NCBI GenBank assembly: GCA_050246755.1
Contig: JBFWVL010000001.1
Coordinates: forward strand, 1,600,001 to 1,664,000
Length of the DNA: 64,000 bases
Reading direction: 5' to 3'
DNA from: Bacteriovoracia bacterium
GTDB lineage: Bacteria > Bdellovibrionota > UBA1018 > CAIPTA01
Part shown: in pieces, positions 1 to 8,894 of the stretch
Layout of the letters: the number at the start of each line of letters is the position of its first letter
How positions within the stretch are numbered: position 1 is the first letter of the stretch
The notes under the pieces: generated by a model
The model's database searches: none
What the model was told of the DNA's origin: nothing
Seen by the model: only the letters and a program-made list of their open reading frames with translations
Program-made: the position numbers and the translations under genes

Positions 1-278
1 CCTGGAGCACCCGCCTGCGCGCCGCGATGGAAGGCTATGTCTATGGCGGGCGCCAGCTAGCCAATAACCGTGATTACGTGACCGGCGTGGTGGTGGTACT
101 CGACCGCAATGGAAAAGTTACGGGCGTGCAGCTGCTGCAGGGATCTGGAGCGCGGGATCTCGACCAAGCCGCCATCGATGCTTTTCAGTCTGCCGGGCCT
201 TTTCCGGATCCGCCTTCGGGCTTAGTGGATGAAAATGGGGAAATTAAAATTCCCTGGAGCTTCGTGCTGCAGAGCTAG
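1..278 (+). CDS. TonB/TolA C-terminal domain protein (5'-truncated by window edge)
   Basis: VVLDRNGKVTGVQLLQGSG...LDQAAIDAFQSAGPFPDPP is the TonB_C pattern; the reading frame continues upstream of the ORF-track start. Confidence 0.8.
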   Translation, partial: WSTRLRAAMEGYVYGGRQLANNRDYVTGVVVVLDRNGKVTGVQLLQGSGARDLDQAAIDAFQSAGPFPDPPSGLVDENGEIKIPWSFVLQS

Positions 279-625
279 TGAAATTGCTGGCTCAGCCGGG
301 CCAAGCCTTCCTTCAATAAAACCTGATTCCAGAGCTTATCCACTTCTTGCAAGTTCATGATGATCTGCTGAAGGGCTTCGTGCGGAGCCATGCCGTGGCG
401 TTTCGCGTAGAGGGTGGCGGCGTCCAGCAGAGCACCCACGGGAGAAGAGTGCATGAGCTCGAGCAGGCGCGTGTGCGGATCGGATTTTGCGTCCTCTTGG
501 TTCGTTTGTGCAAGCTTTACGTTCACGAGAACGGAAGAGAGCACGCGCGGGTCGAGAGTATCTTCGGCGGATTCGGAATTATTGGATTCCATGGTCGCCA
601 TATTTCGTTGCAGGACGTCGATCAT
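275..625 (-). CDS. hypothetical helical protein (alternative start 601)
   Basis: 116-aa ORF with natural composition; its stop overlaps the convergent TonB-like gene. Confidence 0.6.
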   Translation of the reverse strand: MIDVLQRNMATMESNNSESAEDTLDPRVLSSVLVNVKLAQTNQEDAKSDPHTRLLELMHSSPVGALLDAATLYAKRHGMAPHEALQQIIMNLQEVDKLWNQVLLKEGLARLSQQFH

Positions 626-717
626 AAGTTTTTGGTTTCGGAGTAGTTCGGAAGTTCTATTGTGGTAGCGAAATCGGAAGCGCTTGTCAAAACGCTTTGA
701 AGAAAATTTTTTTGACG

Positions 718-759
718 AAAAAAATTTCGGCTAAGTGCTTGTTCTGCAGCTTAGCCGAA
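718..759 (-). terminator. probable intrinsic terminator after gcvH
   Basis: TTCGGCTAAG...CTTAGCCGAA inverted repeat with a minus-strand T-run; 14-nt loop is long. Confidence 0.45.
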
Positions 760-787
760 CATTGACGCTTGACAGTTTTTTATGACG

Positions 788-1177
788 CTACAGAGATTCA
801 ACCAGCTTTTTATAGTCAGTCGCCGAGAGCAAATCGCTCGTCTCGCTCGAATTCGTTAGTTCCAGCTTGATCATCCACGCCTTTTGGTAGGGATCGGAAT
901 TGGCGAGCCCTGGCTCATCTACCAAACTGGAATTTACGTCGAGAATTTTTCCGCTCAGCGGCGAATACAAATCGCTCACGGCTTTAATGCTCTCCACTAC
1001 GCCGAAAGTATCGCCGCGCTTCAGCGTTTTTCCCTTGGCGGGGAGCTCCACGAACACTACTTCCCCCAGTGCATCTTGCGCGTGGTGCGTGATTCCGATG
1101 GTAGCGATCTTTCCTTCCACGAGCGCCCACTCATGATCCTTGGTAAATTGGAGGGTGGGGGGAATTTTTTCCGACAT
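788..1177 (-). CDS. gcvH: glycine cleavage system H protein
   Basis: DHEW...GITHHAQDALGEVVFV...VESIKAVSDLYSPLSG lipoyl-lysine motif. Confidence 0.97.
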   Translation of the reverse strand: MSEKIPPTLQFTKDHEWALVEGKIATIGITHHAQDALGEVVFVELPAKGKTLKRGDTFGVVESIKAVSDLYSPLSGKILDVNSSLVDEPGLANSDPYQKAWMIKLELTNSSETSDLLSATDYKKLVESL

Positions 1178-1199
1178 ATTATTCTCCTTTTGAAATCTC

Positions 1200-2315
1200 T
1201 TATTCTTTTCTCTTATAGAAAGGCGTTGCCACCACTTCCGCAGGAAAGAACCGGTCGCGAATTTGTACGCTCAGCTTCGTTCCTGGTTTTTGCCAGCCTT
1301 GCTTTACGTACGCGATCGCAATTGGCACCCCTAAAGAGGGGGCCAATGTGCCACTGGTTATCTTACCTAATTTTTCGGCGCCATCGGCACTAAAGACCTC
1401 GTAACCTTGCCGCGGAATCCCGCGGTCCTGGGTCTTAATGCCCACCAGGGCGCGGGTAAGGCCGGAGGCTTTTATTTTAAGCAGGGCTTCTTTGCCCAGA
1501 AAGTCGTTGGGCTTATCGAGCTTCACTACCCAGCCCAGTCCGGCTTCGAGCGGATTGGTTTCGGCGTCGATTTCGTGGCCATATAGAGGAAATTTCATTT
1601 CGGTGCGGAGCGTATCCCGCGCGCCGAGGCCGGCGTGCAGGAGCCCAAGCGGTTTTCCTGCCTCCCAGATTTTTTGCCAGATTGTGCTGGCGGCGGCGGC
1701 GGGCGCGTAGATTTCAAAGCCGTCTTCGCCGGTATAGCCAGTGCGGCTCATGATTACCTTGATCCCGAAAAAATCTATCTCGGCGAAATGGTAATATTCG
1801 ATGGCCTGGAGATTGAAATCAGTCAGTTGCGAGAGGATTTTTTCCGAGAGTGGCCCCTGGAGCGCGATCTGGCAGAATTCGTCGGAAACGTGTTTGAGGG
1901 AAAGCCCGGGGAACTTTTTCCCCTGACGCGCGATCCACTCCCAGTCCTTATCGATATTTCCCGCGTTGATGCAGAGGAGATATTTATTGGCGGCGCGCCG
2001 GTACACGAGGAGATCGTCCACCACGCCGCCGTTCTCGTAGCACATAACCGTATACTGGGCTTGGCCGTTCACGAGGCGCGAAACATTATTCGTAACCAGA
2101 TAGTTAAGGAATTCTTCGGCGCGTTCACCTTCCACCAGCACTTCACCCATATGGCTTACGTCAAAGAGGCCGGCCTTCGTGCGCACGGCTTGATGCTCCT
2201 GAGAGAGGCCGGTGTACTGCACGGGCATATGCCAGCCGCCGAAATCCACCATGCGTGCGCCGGCGTCGATATGCGCTTGATTGAGAGGAGTTTTTTTCAT
2301 GGACGATTTATTCAT
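1200..2315 (-). CDS. gcvT: glycine cleavage aminomethyltransferase T
   Basis: KTPL...GARMVDFGGWHMPVQY, LFDVSHMG, SRTGYTGEDGFE, GLGARDTLRTE. Confidence 0.97.
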   Translation of the reverse strand: MNKSSMKKTPLNQAHIDAGARMVDFGGWHMPVQYTGLSQEHQAVRTKAGLFDVSHMGEVLVEGERAEEFLNYLVTNNVSRLVNGQAQYTVMCYENGGVVDDLLVYRRAANKYLLCINAGNIDKDWEWIARQGKKFPGLSLKHVSDEFCQIALQGPLSEKILSQLTDFNLQAIEYYHFAEIDFFGIKVIMSRTGYTGEDGFEIYAPAAAASTIWQKIWEAGKPLGLLHAGLGARDTLRTEMKFPLYGHEIDAETNPLEAGLGWVVKLDKPNDFLGKEALLKIKASGLTRALVGIKTQDRGIPRQGYEVFSADGAEKLGKITSGTLAPSLGVPIAIAYVKQGWQKPGTKLSVQIRDRFFPAEVVATPFYKRKE

Positions 2316-2358
2316 ACCTTGGGGCCTTCGCGCGGAGCAAGTCGGAAGGTGGTTATCG

Positions 2359-3213
2359 CTAAGCGTTACGCGCGTTCGCGGCGCGCACGGTATTGCGGAT
2401 CAGCATCGCGATCGTCATCGGTCCCACGCCGTTGGGTACGGGAGTGAGGAAAGAAGCGATTCCCATCACGGACCTCGCGTCTACGTCGCCCACTACACGC
2501 TTCCCGTCGCGATTGATGCCCACGTCAATGATCACGGCGCCTGGCTTCACGAATTCTTTGGCCACGAAGCGGGCTTTTCCCACGGCCACCACCAGAATGT
2601 CGGCGCCGGCGCAGAGCTCAGCGAGATTTTTCGTTTTGGAATGGGCGATGGTGACGGTGGCGTCGGCACCGAGCAGCATCAATGCCATGGGTTTTCCCAC
2701 GATCGAGGAGCGGCCAAGAACCACCGCGTGTTTACCGGAGGTGGGGATTTTCGCTTCCCGGAGAATTTCCATCACGCCGGCGGGGGTGCAGGGCGGGAGG
2801 CCGCTGGCTAGGGTCTGTTTTGCGTCTATGAGGAGGGCTCCGGCATTCTGGGGATGAAAGCCGTCTACGTCTTTTGCGGGATCGATGAGGGCCTGGATTT
2901 TTCGCTCGTCCCAACCGCTGGGGAGGGGGGACTGCACGAGAATTCCATCGATATCTTTGCGGGCGTTCAGCTGGAGGATAGTTTCTTCGAGCTTCGCGAA
3001 GCCTTCGCTGGGCTGGAGGTGGAAGTCTTCGGCGTGAAGGCCATATTTGCGGCAGGTTTCGGTCTTCTTTTTCACGTAGATGCTGGAGGCGGGATCATCG
3101 CCCACGAGGACCACGGCGAGGCCGGGCTTGCGCTGGAGTTTCGCGGCGCCGGCGCGCGCTTCGCTAAGGGTTTTTTCGGCCAGCTCGGGGGTTTTGAAAA
3201 GGAGGGTTTCCAC
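2359..3213 (-). CDS. folD: methylenetetrahydrofolate dehydrogenase/cyclohydrolase
   Basis: LVGDDPASSIYVKKK, KDVDGFHP, PCTP, GRSSIVGKP, TPVPNGVGPMT. Confidence 0.97.
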   Translation of the reverse strand: METLLFKTPELAEKTLSEARAGAAKLQRKPGLAVVLVGDDPASSIYVKKKTETCRKYGLHAEDFHLQPSEGFAKLEETILQLNARKDIDGILVQSPLPSGWDERKIQALIDPAKDVDGFHPQNAGALLIDAKQTLASGLPPCTPAGVMEILREAKIPTSGKHAVVLGRSSIVGKPMALMLLGADATVTIAHSKTKNLAELCAGADILVVAVGKARFVAKEFVKPGAVIIDVGINRDGKRVVGDVDARSVMGIASFLTPVPNGVGPMTIAMLIRNTVRAANARNA

Positions 3214-3228
3214 CTGGAAGAGAATAGC

Positions 3229-4128
3229 TTAGCTCTTCCAGTGTTCGGACATCTTTTTTTCGCCAAATTCCTCGAGGGCATGGAGCTGATTGTGCGCGGG
3301 GCAGCGGAGCCGAAGGTTTTCTACGGTATTGAGGCCGCCCTTGGCGAAAGGGATGACGTGGTCGAGCTGGAGGGAGAATTGGCTGCCGCAGCTAGGATAG
3401 GTGCAAAGGGCTTGGTCGCGCAGCCAAACGGCGTGGCGGACTTGGGCGGGGATGTGGCGGGAGTGTTTGGGGTGGGGATTTACTTGCGACGTGATAGAAG
3501 CATTGCGTCGTTTCGCAACTCGCAAATTTCGTTCAGCTTTTTTTATGGGGTCGTACTTTTGTAACGCAACATCGGCCAATTTTTCGACGAGTTGTTCGAT
3601 GGACTTGGCAGCGAAGATTTCTTTCAAACGTTCTAACTTTTGAAAAAGTTCCCTAGTGGCAGCAAATCGAATCTCAGTATGAGAATTGGAAATCGGACGG
3701 ACCAGCTCCCGAAAATTAGTGGGATCAAGTGACCGTAAGATTTTTTGAATGTCGCGAGCCGATTTGTTTTCGATTTGCATTAAAATCTCGATTCGTTTTT
3801 CGCGCGGTAATTTCTTTTTGTGGAAAAATACTTGAGCCTGTCCGGCCGCGCTTAGGGTTAAATCGCCCTTCTGAAGCTTCTCCTCCATCTCCGGAAACTC
3901 CCGCATTAGTCGGGCCGCACAAATTCTCCGCTGTGCCTGCGATTCCGAAAACCGCAGCACCCGCACGCAATACTCAAATAGCGAAGGGTAACTCTCCTTC
4001 GCGTAGAGCCGTCGCAAGGCAATTTCATTCAGGTGATGCAGCAGTGCTGTCACCAGCCGGCGCTCGGCCCGCGCCAGCTGCCAGGTACTCTCAAGCAATT
4101 GATCGTCGGAAAATTTTCGTAGGTCCAT
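3229..4128 (-). CDS. HNH endonuclease with helical N-terminal (DUF222-like) region
   Basis: C-terminal VWLRDQALCTYPSC...LQLDHVIPFAKGGLNTVENLRLRCPAHN; N-terminal YPSLFEYC motif; alternative start 4149. Confidence 0.85.
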   Translation of the reverse strand: MDLRKFSDDQLLESTWQLARAERRLVTALLHHLNEIALRRLYAKESYPSLFEYCVRVLRFSESQAQRRICAARLMREFPEMEEKLQKGDLTLSAAGQAQVFFHKKKLPREKRIEILMQIENKSARDIQKILRSLDPTNFRELVRPISNSHTEIRFAATRELFQKLERLKEIFAAKSIEQLVEKLADVALQKYDPIKKAERNLRVAKRRNASITSQVNPHPKHSRHIPAQVRHAVWLRDQALCTYPSCGSQFSLQLDHVIPFAKGGLNTVENLRLRCPAHNQLHALEEFGEKKMSEHWKS

Positions 4129-4214
4129 GCTTGTGAGCGAGCAATTCATGCGCCCGTTCGCTCATCGGCAACTCCTTGGAATCAAATCGCGACTCCACAC
4201 GGCGTCCGGAATCC

Positions 4215-4230
4215 CGTCAACAAACTGACG
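4215..4230. promoter_or_regulatory. palindromic candidate site for a sigma54 activator (FleQ-like box)
   Basis: CGTCA-ACAAAC-TGACG about 85-100 bp upstream of the flgF sigma54 element. Confidence 0.5.
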
Positions 4231-4312
4231 TTTTCTGTCCACCCCGTCAAATCCGCCGCCCACCCAAACCAAGAGCCGAGAAAATTCCTAAACGATTTCG
4301 CGCGCCACGAAA

Positions 4313-4328
4313 TGGTACGAGCCTTGCT
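4313..4328 (+). promoter_or_regulatory. sigma54 -24/-12 promoter of flgF
   Basis: TGGTACGAGCCTTGCT, GG-N10-GC, about 25 nt before ATG 4353. Confidence 0.75.
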
Positions 4329-4352
4329 CTTCCGTGGTTGGGAGAGAATCAG

Positions 4353-5192
4353 ATGAGCAAGGGTTTCTGGCCAGCCATATCCGGAGCAGTCGCGCAGAGC
4401 GAGCGCATGGATACTATCGCCAACAATCTAGCCAACTCCGATACCACCGCCTTTAAACGGGATCAGGTGGCCTTCCAGCAAGTTCTCAGCAGCGCCACAG
4501 CCGCCGCCCAGAAAGAAGAGATTCCCCACAAGCCGTATACCGAAAAAGATTTTCATCGCCTCGACGGCAGAGACTCCACGTTCGTGGCCGTAGAGGGTTC
4601 TTTCACCGATTTCTCCCAAGGCCGCGTGAAGGTAACCGGCTCGCCCCTCGATCTCGCCGTAGAGGGGAAAGGTTTTCTCGAAGTGCTCGCGCCACAAGGC
4701 TTGCGTTATACCAGGCAAGGAAGCCTGAAGATGAATGCCGAAGGCGGCCTCGTGACCACCGAGGGCTTTCCCGTGCTGAATCCGGGCGGGGCCCCCGAGC
4801 CGGGAAAAATTCCTACCCGCGAAGAGCTGATGGCGCGGGCGATCCGCCTCGACAGCGCCAAAGATCCCAAAATTACGATCACCAGCGACGGAAAGATCTA
4901 TCAGGGCAAACAGGAAGTGGCCCAGCTTTCCGTGGTGGAGTTCGTGGATGCAAAGTTGCTGACGAAAGACGGCAGCTCTCTGTTCAATAATAACGAGCTC
5001 TCGGCCAATATTTCGCAGGACGATAAGTCCACGACGATTCGCCAGGGGGTACTAGAGACTTCGAACGTAAACGCGATAGCAGAGATGAGCGAGCTTCTGA
5101 AAGCCACGAGGCTCTTCGAGGCCAATGAAAAAATAGTGAAAACGTACGGCGACCTCGAAGGCCGTGCGGTGAACGATTTAGGCAAGCTCTAA
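4353..5192 (+). CDS. flgF: flagellar basal-body rod protein FlgF
   Basis: IANNLAN, TGSPLDLAVEG.GF, YTRQG, LETSNVN; start reassigned to MSKGFW. Confidence 0.9.
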   Translation: MSKGFWPAISGAVAQSERMDTIANNLANSDTTAFKRDQVAFQQVLSSATAAAQKEEIPHKPYTEKDFHRLDGRDSTFVAVEGSFTDFSQGRVKVTGSPLDLAVEGKGFLEVLAPQGLRYTRQGSLKMNAEGGLVTTEGFPVLNPGGAPEPGKIPTREELMARAIRLDSAKDPKITITSDGKIYQGKQEVAQLSVVEFVDAKLLTKDGSSLFNNNELSANISQDDKSTTIRQGVLETSNVNAIAEMSELLKATRLFEANEKIVKTYGDLEGRAVNDLGKL

Positions 5193-5221
5193 CTCTGAAC
5201 TGATTCCATGGAGGGAACAGT

Positions 5222-6007
5222 ATGCTGAGAGCAATACATACGGCCGCAACGGGCATGGAAGCCATGCAGAATAACTTGGACAACGTGGCCAACAACTTGG
5301 CCAACGTAAATACCACCGGCTACAAAAAGAGCACGGCGGAGTTCCAGGACCTCTACTACCAAAATATCCGCGATCCCGGCACCCAGGTTACCGCCGACAC
5401 GAATACGCCCACCGGCGTGCAGATCGGAACGGGCGTGAAAACCGTGAGCGTGCACAAGGATTTTTCCCAAGGCTCGGCCAAACAAACCGGAAATAGCTGG
5501 GATCTTCTCGTAGACGGAGAAGGTTTCTTTTCGGTGCAAAAAGAAAACGGCGAGTTGATGTATACCCGCGACGGCAGTTTCAAGATCGACGGGACCGGAC
5601 GCGTAATGACCAGCGGGGGCTACCTGCTTCAGCCGGCGATTACGGTGCCCGCCAATGCCGCCACCGTTACGATTTCCCGCTCTGGGATCGTTACCGCCAT
5701 CGACAGCGAGGGCAAGCAATCGCAGATCGGGCAGCTCGAGCTCGTGAATTTCGTGAACGCCCAGGGCCTCAGGGCTGCGGGCGGAAATCTTTACCAAGTA
5801 AGCGAAAGCTCCGGCGCGCCGGTGCAGGGCACGCCCAGCAATAATGGGCTCGGTGGCATCGAGCAAGGAAAGCTCGAGAGCGCCAACGTGAACGTGGTGA
5901 GCGAGATGGTGAATATGATCCAGGCGCAGCGGGCCTACGAGATGAACTCGAAGGTGATGCAGGCGGCCGACCAAATGCTGCAGGTTTCGAACAATGTCAT
6001 TAAGTAG
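5222..6007 (+). CDS. flgG: flagellar distal rod protein FlgG
   Basis: ANNLANVNTTGYKK, EFQDLYYQ, GVQIGTGV, LESANVNVVSEMVNMIQAQRAYE. Confidence 0.96.
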   Translation: MLRAIHTAATGMEAMQNNLDNVANNLANVNTTGYKKSTAEFQDLYYQNIRDPGTQVTADTNTPTGVQIGTGVKTVSVHKDFSQGSAKQTGNSWDLLVDGEGFFSVQKENGELMYTRDGSFKIDGTGRVMTSGGYLLQPAITVPANAATVTISRSGIVTAIDSEGKQSQIGQLELVNFVNAQGLRAAGGNLYQVSESSGAPVQGTPSNNGLGGIEQGKLESANVNVVSEMVNMIQAQRAYEMNSKVMQAADQMLQVSNNVIK

Positions 6008-6998
6008 CCGTAATTTCCTATTCCTGGCTTTCGTGTTTCTGATGCCGCTCGAGGTATGGGCGGCGATTCCCGTGCCCACGAAGGATATCGAAGTGCGCAT
6101 TGAATCCGCGGTGCCCGTCAGCAGCCAGCGGATCGTGCTCGGCGATGTGGCCACCATCTACGCCAAGAGCATGCGCGATTTCCGTGAGCTATCCGAGCTC
6201 GTGATCTCGCAAATCCCCGAGGATAAATCGGAGTTGCGGTTGCCGCAAAACTATCTCGAGCGTCGGATCAAGGAAGTTATTCCCGCGGGCACCGAGTTCG
6301 CGCTCCACGCCCCGAATGAAATTATTTTCCGTCTGCAGCGCATTGGGATCACGCCCGTGGATTTCGCGGCCGAAGTGGAGCGTCAGGCGAAGGTGGGCGG
6401 AAAGTTCCCCCAGGGAATCGAGACCGAGATCGAGGTTATTTCCGGCGCCGATCAATTGAAGTTATATAAGCCCGATGCCGTGCGCATCGAGCCGGCTGCC
6501 GAAATGGCGCAGTGGCGCGGCGAGCTCGCGTTCAAGGTGGTGGCTAAAGACAATTCCGCGCAGATCTCGTGGGTAAAAATTAAGTTGCGCTGGTTTGCCA
6601 ACGTATGGGTGGCCACCAAGACCATGGGCATCAACCAGTCCCTCGATGCCGCCGCTTTCACGCAGGAGCGCCGTGAGCTCACGGGCCTCCGCGAAGAAGC
6701 CTTCGTCGCCTCCGGACTCGAGGAGCTGAGCACTAAATTAAGTTCCGCGCGCGCGCGCCGGAGCATAGGCACGAATGCGGTGCTCACTTCCGCCATGGTG
6801 GAGCGCAAGCCCGACGCCGGTCCGGGGCAGATCTTGAAAGTAGTATTCGTTTCGGAAAGCGGGATCCGCGTTTCCACCGATGGCGCCCTCATCGGCGCCA
6901 GCTCCATCGGGAGCGAAGCGCGTGCCAAGCTGAGGTCTTCTAGAAAAATTGTCACCGGCAAGCTCGTTTCGGGCGGCGTGATGGAGGTTAGCCTATGA
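5994..6998 (+). CDS. flgA: P-ring assembly chaperone FlgA
   Basis: signal peptide, IVLGDVA motif, C-terminal SAF/ChapFlgA-like region; lies between flgG and flgH. Confidence 0.75.
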   Translation: MSLSSRNFLFLAFVFLMPLEVWAAIPVPTKDIEVRIESAVPVSSQRIVLGDVATIYAKSMRDFRELSELVISQIPEDKSELRLPQNYLERRIKEVIPAGTEFALHAPNEIIFRLQRIGITPVDFAAEVERQAKVGGKFPQGIETEIEVISGADQLKLYKPDAVRIEPAAEMAQWRGELAFKVVAKDNSAQISWVKIKLRWFANVWVATKTMGINQSLDAAAFTQERRELTGLREEAFVASGLEELSTKLSSARARRSIGTNAVLTSAMVERKPDAGPGQILKVVFVSESGIRVSTDGALIGASSIGSEARAKLRSSRKIVTGKLVSGGVMEVSL

Positions 6999-7849
6999 AG
7001 TTTGCTCTTTCGATGATGTTGGGTTTGTGGGCCCTGTATTCTTTTTCCGGCTGCGCGATGATCGATTCGCTGCGCGATGAAAGCGCCACCATCGATGCCG
7101 AAGCCGGTACCGATCATGATCGCGAAGGAAATACTTCCGACATAGAGCGCCCTGTGCAAAGGCAGCGCGGGCTGAACGGCCTGAGCGCCAATAATGTTCC
7201 CAGCTACGAGCCCTCCGTGGCGCGCGGCTATGGGCGCCGGCTCTCGAGCCTCGCCAACGACGACGCTCCCGCCGCCATCAGTTCCGCGCAGCAGGAATTC
7301 CGCCGTGCGACCCGCGAGGATTTCATCGATAAGCAGGCCCACGAAAACAGCCTTTGGGACGGACAGGGCCAAGGCAACTACCTCTTTTCCAATAACCGTA
7401 AGCGCGAAGTGGGCGATCTCATGACCGGCGAAGTGGAAAAGGATCTCAAGCGCGAGATCCAATACCAGCTCTGGATGACGCTCCCGCCGGAACAGCGCAA
7501 GACCAAGCGCGCTCCGGCTAGCGTGGCGGGTGCGGCCACCGATCCGGCCGCGAAGGCCGCCGCGGCCGCCGAAGCCGGAAAATCCGCCGAGGAAAAGGGC
7601 AAGGACGCTGCCGCCGAAGCCGCGAAAACCAATATGGCCGATACCAAGGACGACGACGTGGTTCGCATGGAAGTGGTGGAGAGCCTCGGCAACGGGCTCG
7701 TGCGCGTGGTGGGCCAGAAGCGCGTGATCTACCGCGGAGTGTCCCGCGTGGTGGAAGTGATGGCGCTCGTGAACAACAAAGACGTCGACGACAATAACCG
7801 CGTGAAGAGTTCTAACTTCCTCGACATGAAGACCCAGGTGATCCAATGA
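6995..7849 (+). CDS. flgH: flagellar L-ring lipoprotein FlgH
   Basis: lipobox FSGC, NSLW...YLF...VGD, VVESLGNGLVRVVGQK; synteny. Confidence 0.8.
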   Translation: MKFALSMMLGLWALYSFSGCAMIDSLRDESATIDAEAGTDHDREGNTSDIERPVQRQRGLNGLSANNVPSYEPSVARGYGRRLSSLANDDAPAAISSAQQEFRRATREDFIDKQAHENSLWDGQGQGNYLFSNNRKREVGDLMTGEVEKDLKREIQYQLWMTLPPEQRKTKRAPASVAGAATDPAAKAAAAAEAGKSAEEKGKDAAAEAAKTNMADTKDDDVVRMEVVESLGNGLVRVVGQKRVIYRGVSRVVEVMALVNNKDVDDNNRVKSSNFLDMKTQVIQ

Positions 7850-8853
7850 AAAATTTAATTGCCCTCGCTCTCGCCCTCGCCTTTCTTCCGCAGCCGGCCG
7901 ACGCCGCGCGCCTGAAGGATATCGTGCGCATCAAGGGCGTGCGCGAAAACCTTCTCATCGGGTACGGACTCGTGGTGGGCCTCAAGGGCACCGGGGATTC
8001 CAGCGCCGAAGTAACGGGCAAAGCCTTGCTGCGCATGTTCAGTAAGATGGGAATGAATATCGAAACGGAAGTGAAATCCAAGAACGTGGCTTCCGTGGTG
8101 GTGACCGCAAAGATTCCCGCGTTCTCGAGAGCTGGGCAGAAGCTCGACGTTACCGTATCCAGCGTGGGCGATGCGGGCAGCCTTGAAGGCGGCACGCTCC
8201 TGATCTCGCCGCTGCGAGCGGGCGACCAGCAGGTATACGCCGTGGCGCAGGGACCGGTGAGCCTGGGTTCGGCGACGGACGGCAGCGGAAAGTTCGCTAC
8301 GAACGGACGCGTGCCCATGGGCGCGATCGTGGAGAAGGAATTGGCGGGCGATTTCGCCAATAAGAAGGCGCTCCGTCTGAATTTAGACGAACCCGACTTT
8401 ACAACCGTGGCCCGCGTCAGCCGCGTGATCAATACGGAGCTCGGCGGCAAATACGCAACCTCCGTGGACCAGAACACCGTGGACCTGATCGTTCCATTTT
8501 CTTACGACGGGAACGCCGTCGAATTAATGGCGGTGCTGGAAAATTTGACGGTGAATACCGACACGCGCGCACGCGTGGTGATTAACGAGCGTACCGGAAC
8601 CGTGGTAACCGGCGGTAAAGTACGCATCAAAAACGTGGCTCTGTCGCATGGCGACTTATCCATTCAAGTGGCCGGCGCCAAGAATGCGAAGAAGGGGGAG
8701 GGGAAGAAAGTGATGGAAATTCCAAGCACTACGAACGTCTCCGAGCTCGCCACGATGCTTAATGAAATGGGGGTGGGGCCCAAAGACCTCACCGCAATTT
8801 TTCAGTCGCTCAAGGCGGCCGGTGCTCTCGAGGGTGATTTAGAAATACTCTGA
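7846..8853 (+). CDS. flgI: flagellar P-ring protein FlgI
   Basis: ARLKDI...GVRENLLIGYGLVVGLKGTGD, SLEGGTL, VVINERTGTVV. Confidence 0.97.
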   Translation: MKNLIALALALAFLPQPADAARLKDIVRIKGVRENLLIGYGLVVGLKGTGDSSAEVTGKALLRMFSKMGMNIETEVKSKNVASVVVTAKIPAFSRAGQKLDVTVSSVGDAGSLEGGTLLISPLRAGDQQVYAVAQGPVSLGSATDGSGKFATNGRVPMGAIVEKELAGDFANKKALRLNLDEPDFTTVARVSRVINTELGGKYATSVDQNTVDLIVPFSYDGNAVELMAVLENLTVNTDTRARVVINERTGTVVTGGKVRIKNVALSHGDLSIQVAGAKNAKKGEGKKVMEIPSTTNVSELATMLNEMGVGPKDLTAIFQSLKAAGALEGDLEIL

Positions 8854-8868
8854 GGCAATTTGCCGGCT

Positions 8869-8884
8869 TGGCAAGGAGCGTGCA
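8869..8884 (+). promoter_or_regulatory. sigma54 -24/-12 promoter in flgI-flgJ spacer
   Basis: TGGCAAGGAGCGTGCA, GG(8870-71)-N10-GC(8882-83). Confidence 0.65.
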
Positions 8885-8894
8885 TTAGGTTCAG

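Noticed and set aside
2316-2358. Glycine riboswitch before gcvT
   Set aside because: Only 43 nt separate folD and gcvT and no aptamer sequence is visible; gcvP is also not in the window.
6452-7846. Long antisense ORFs over flagellar and other genes (e.g. 464 aa opposite flgH)
   Set aside because: Shadow frames expected from GC-biased codon usage; no motifs.
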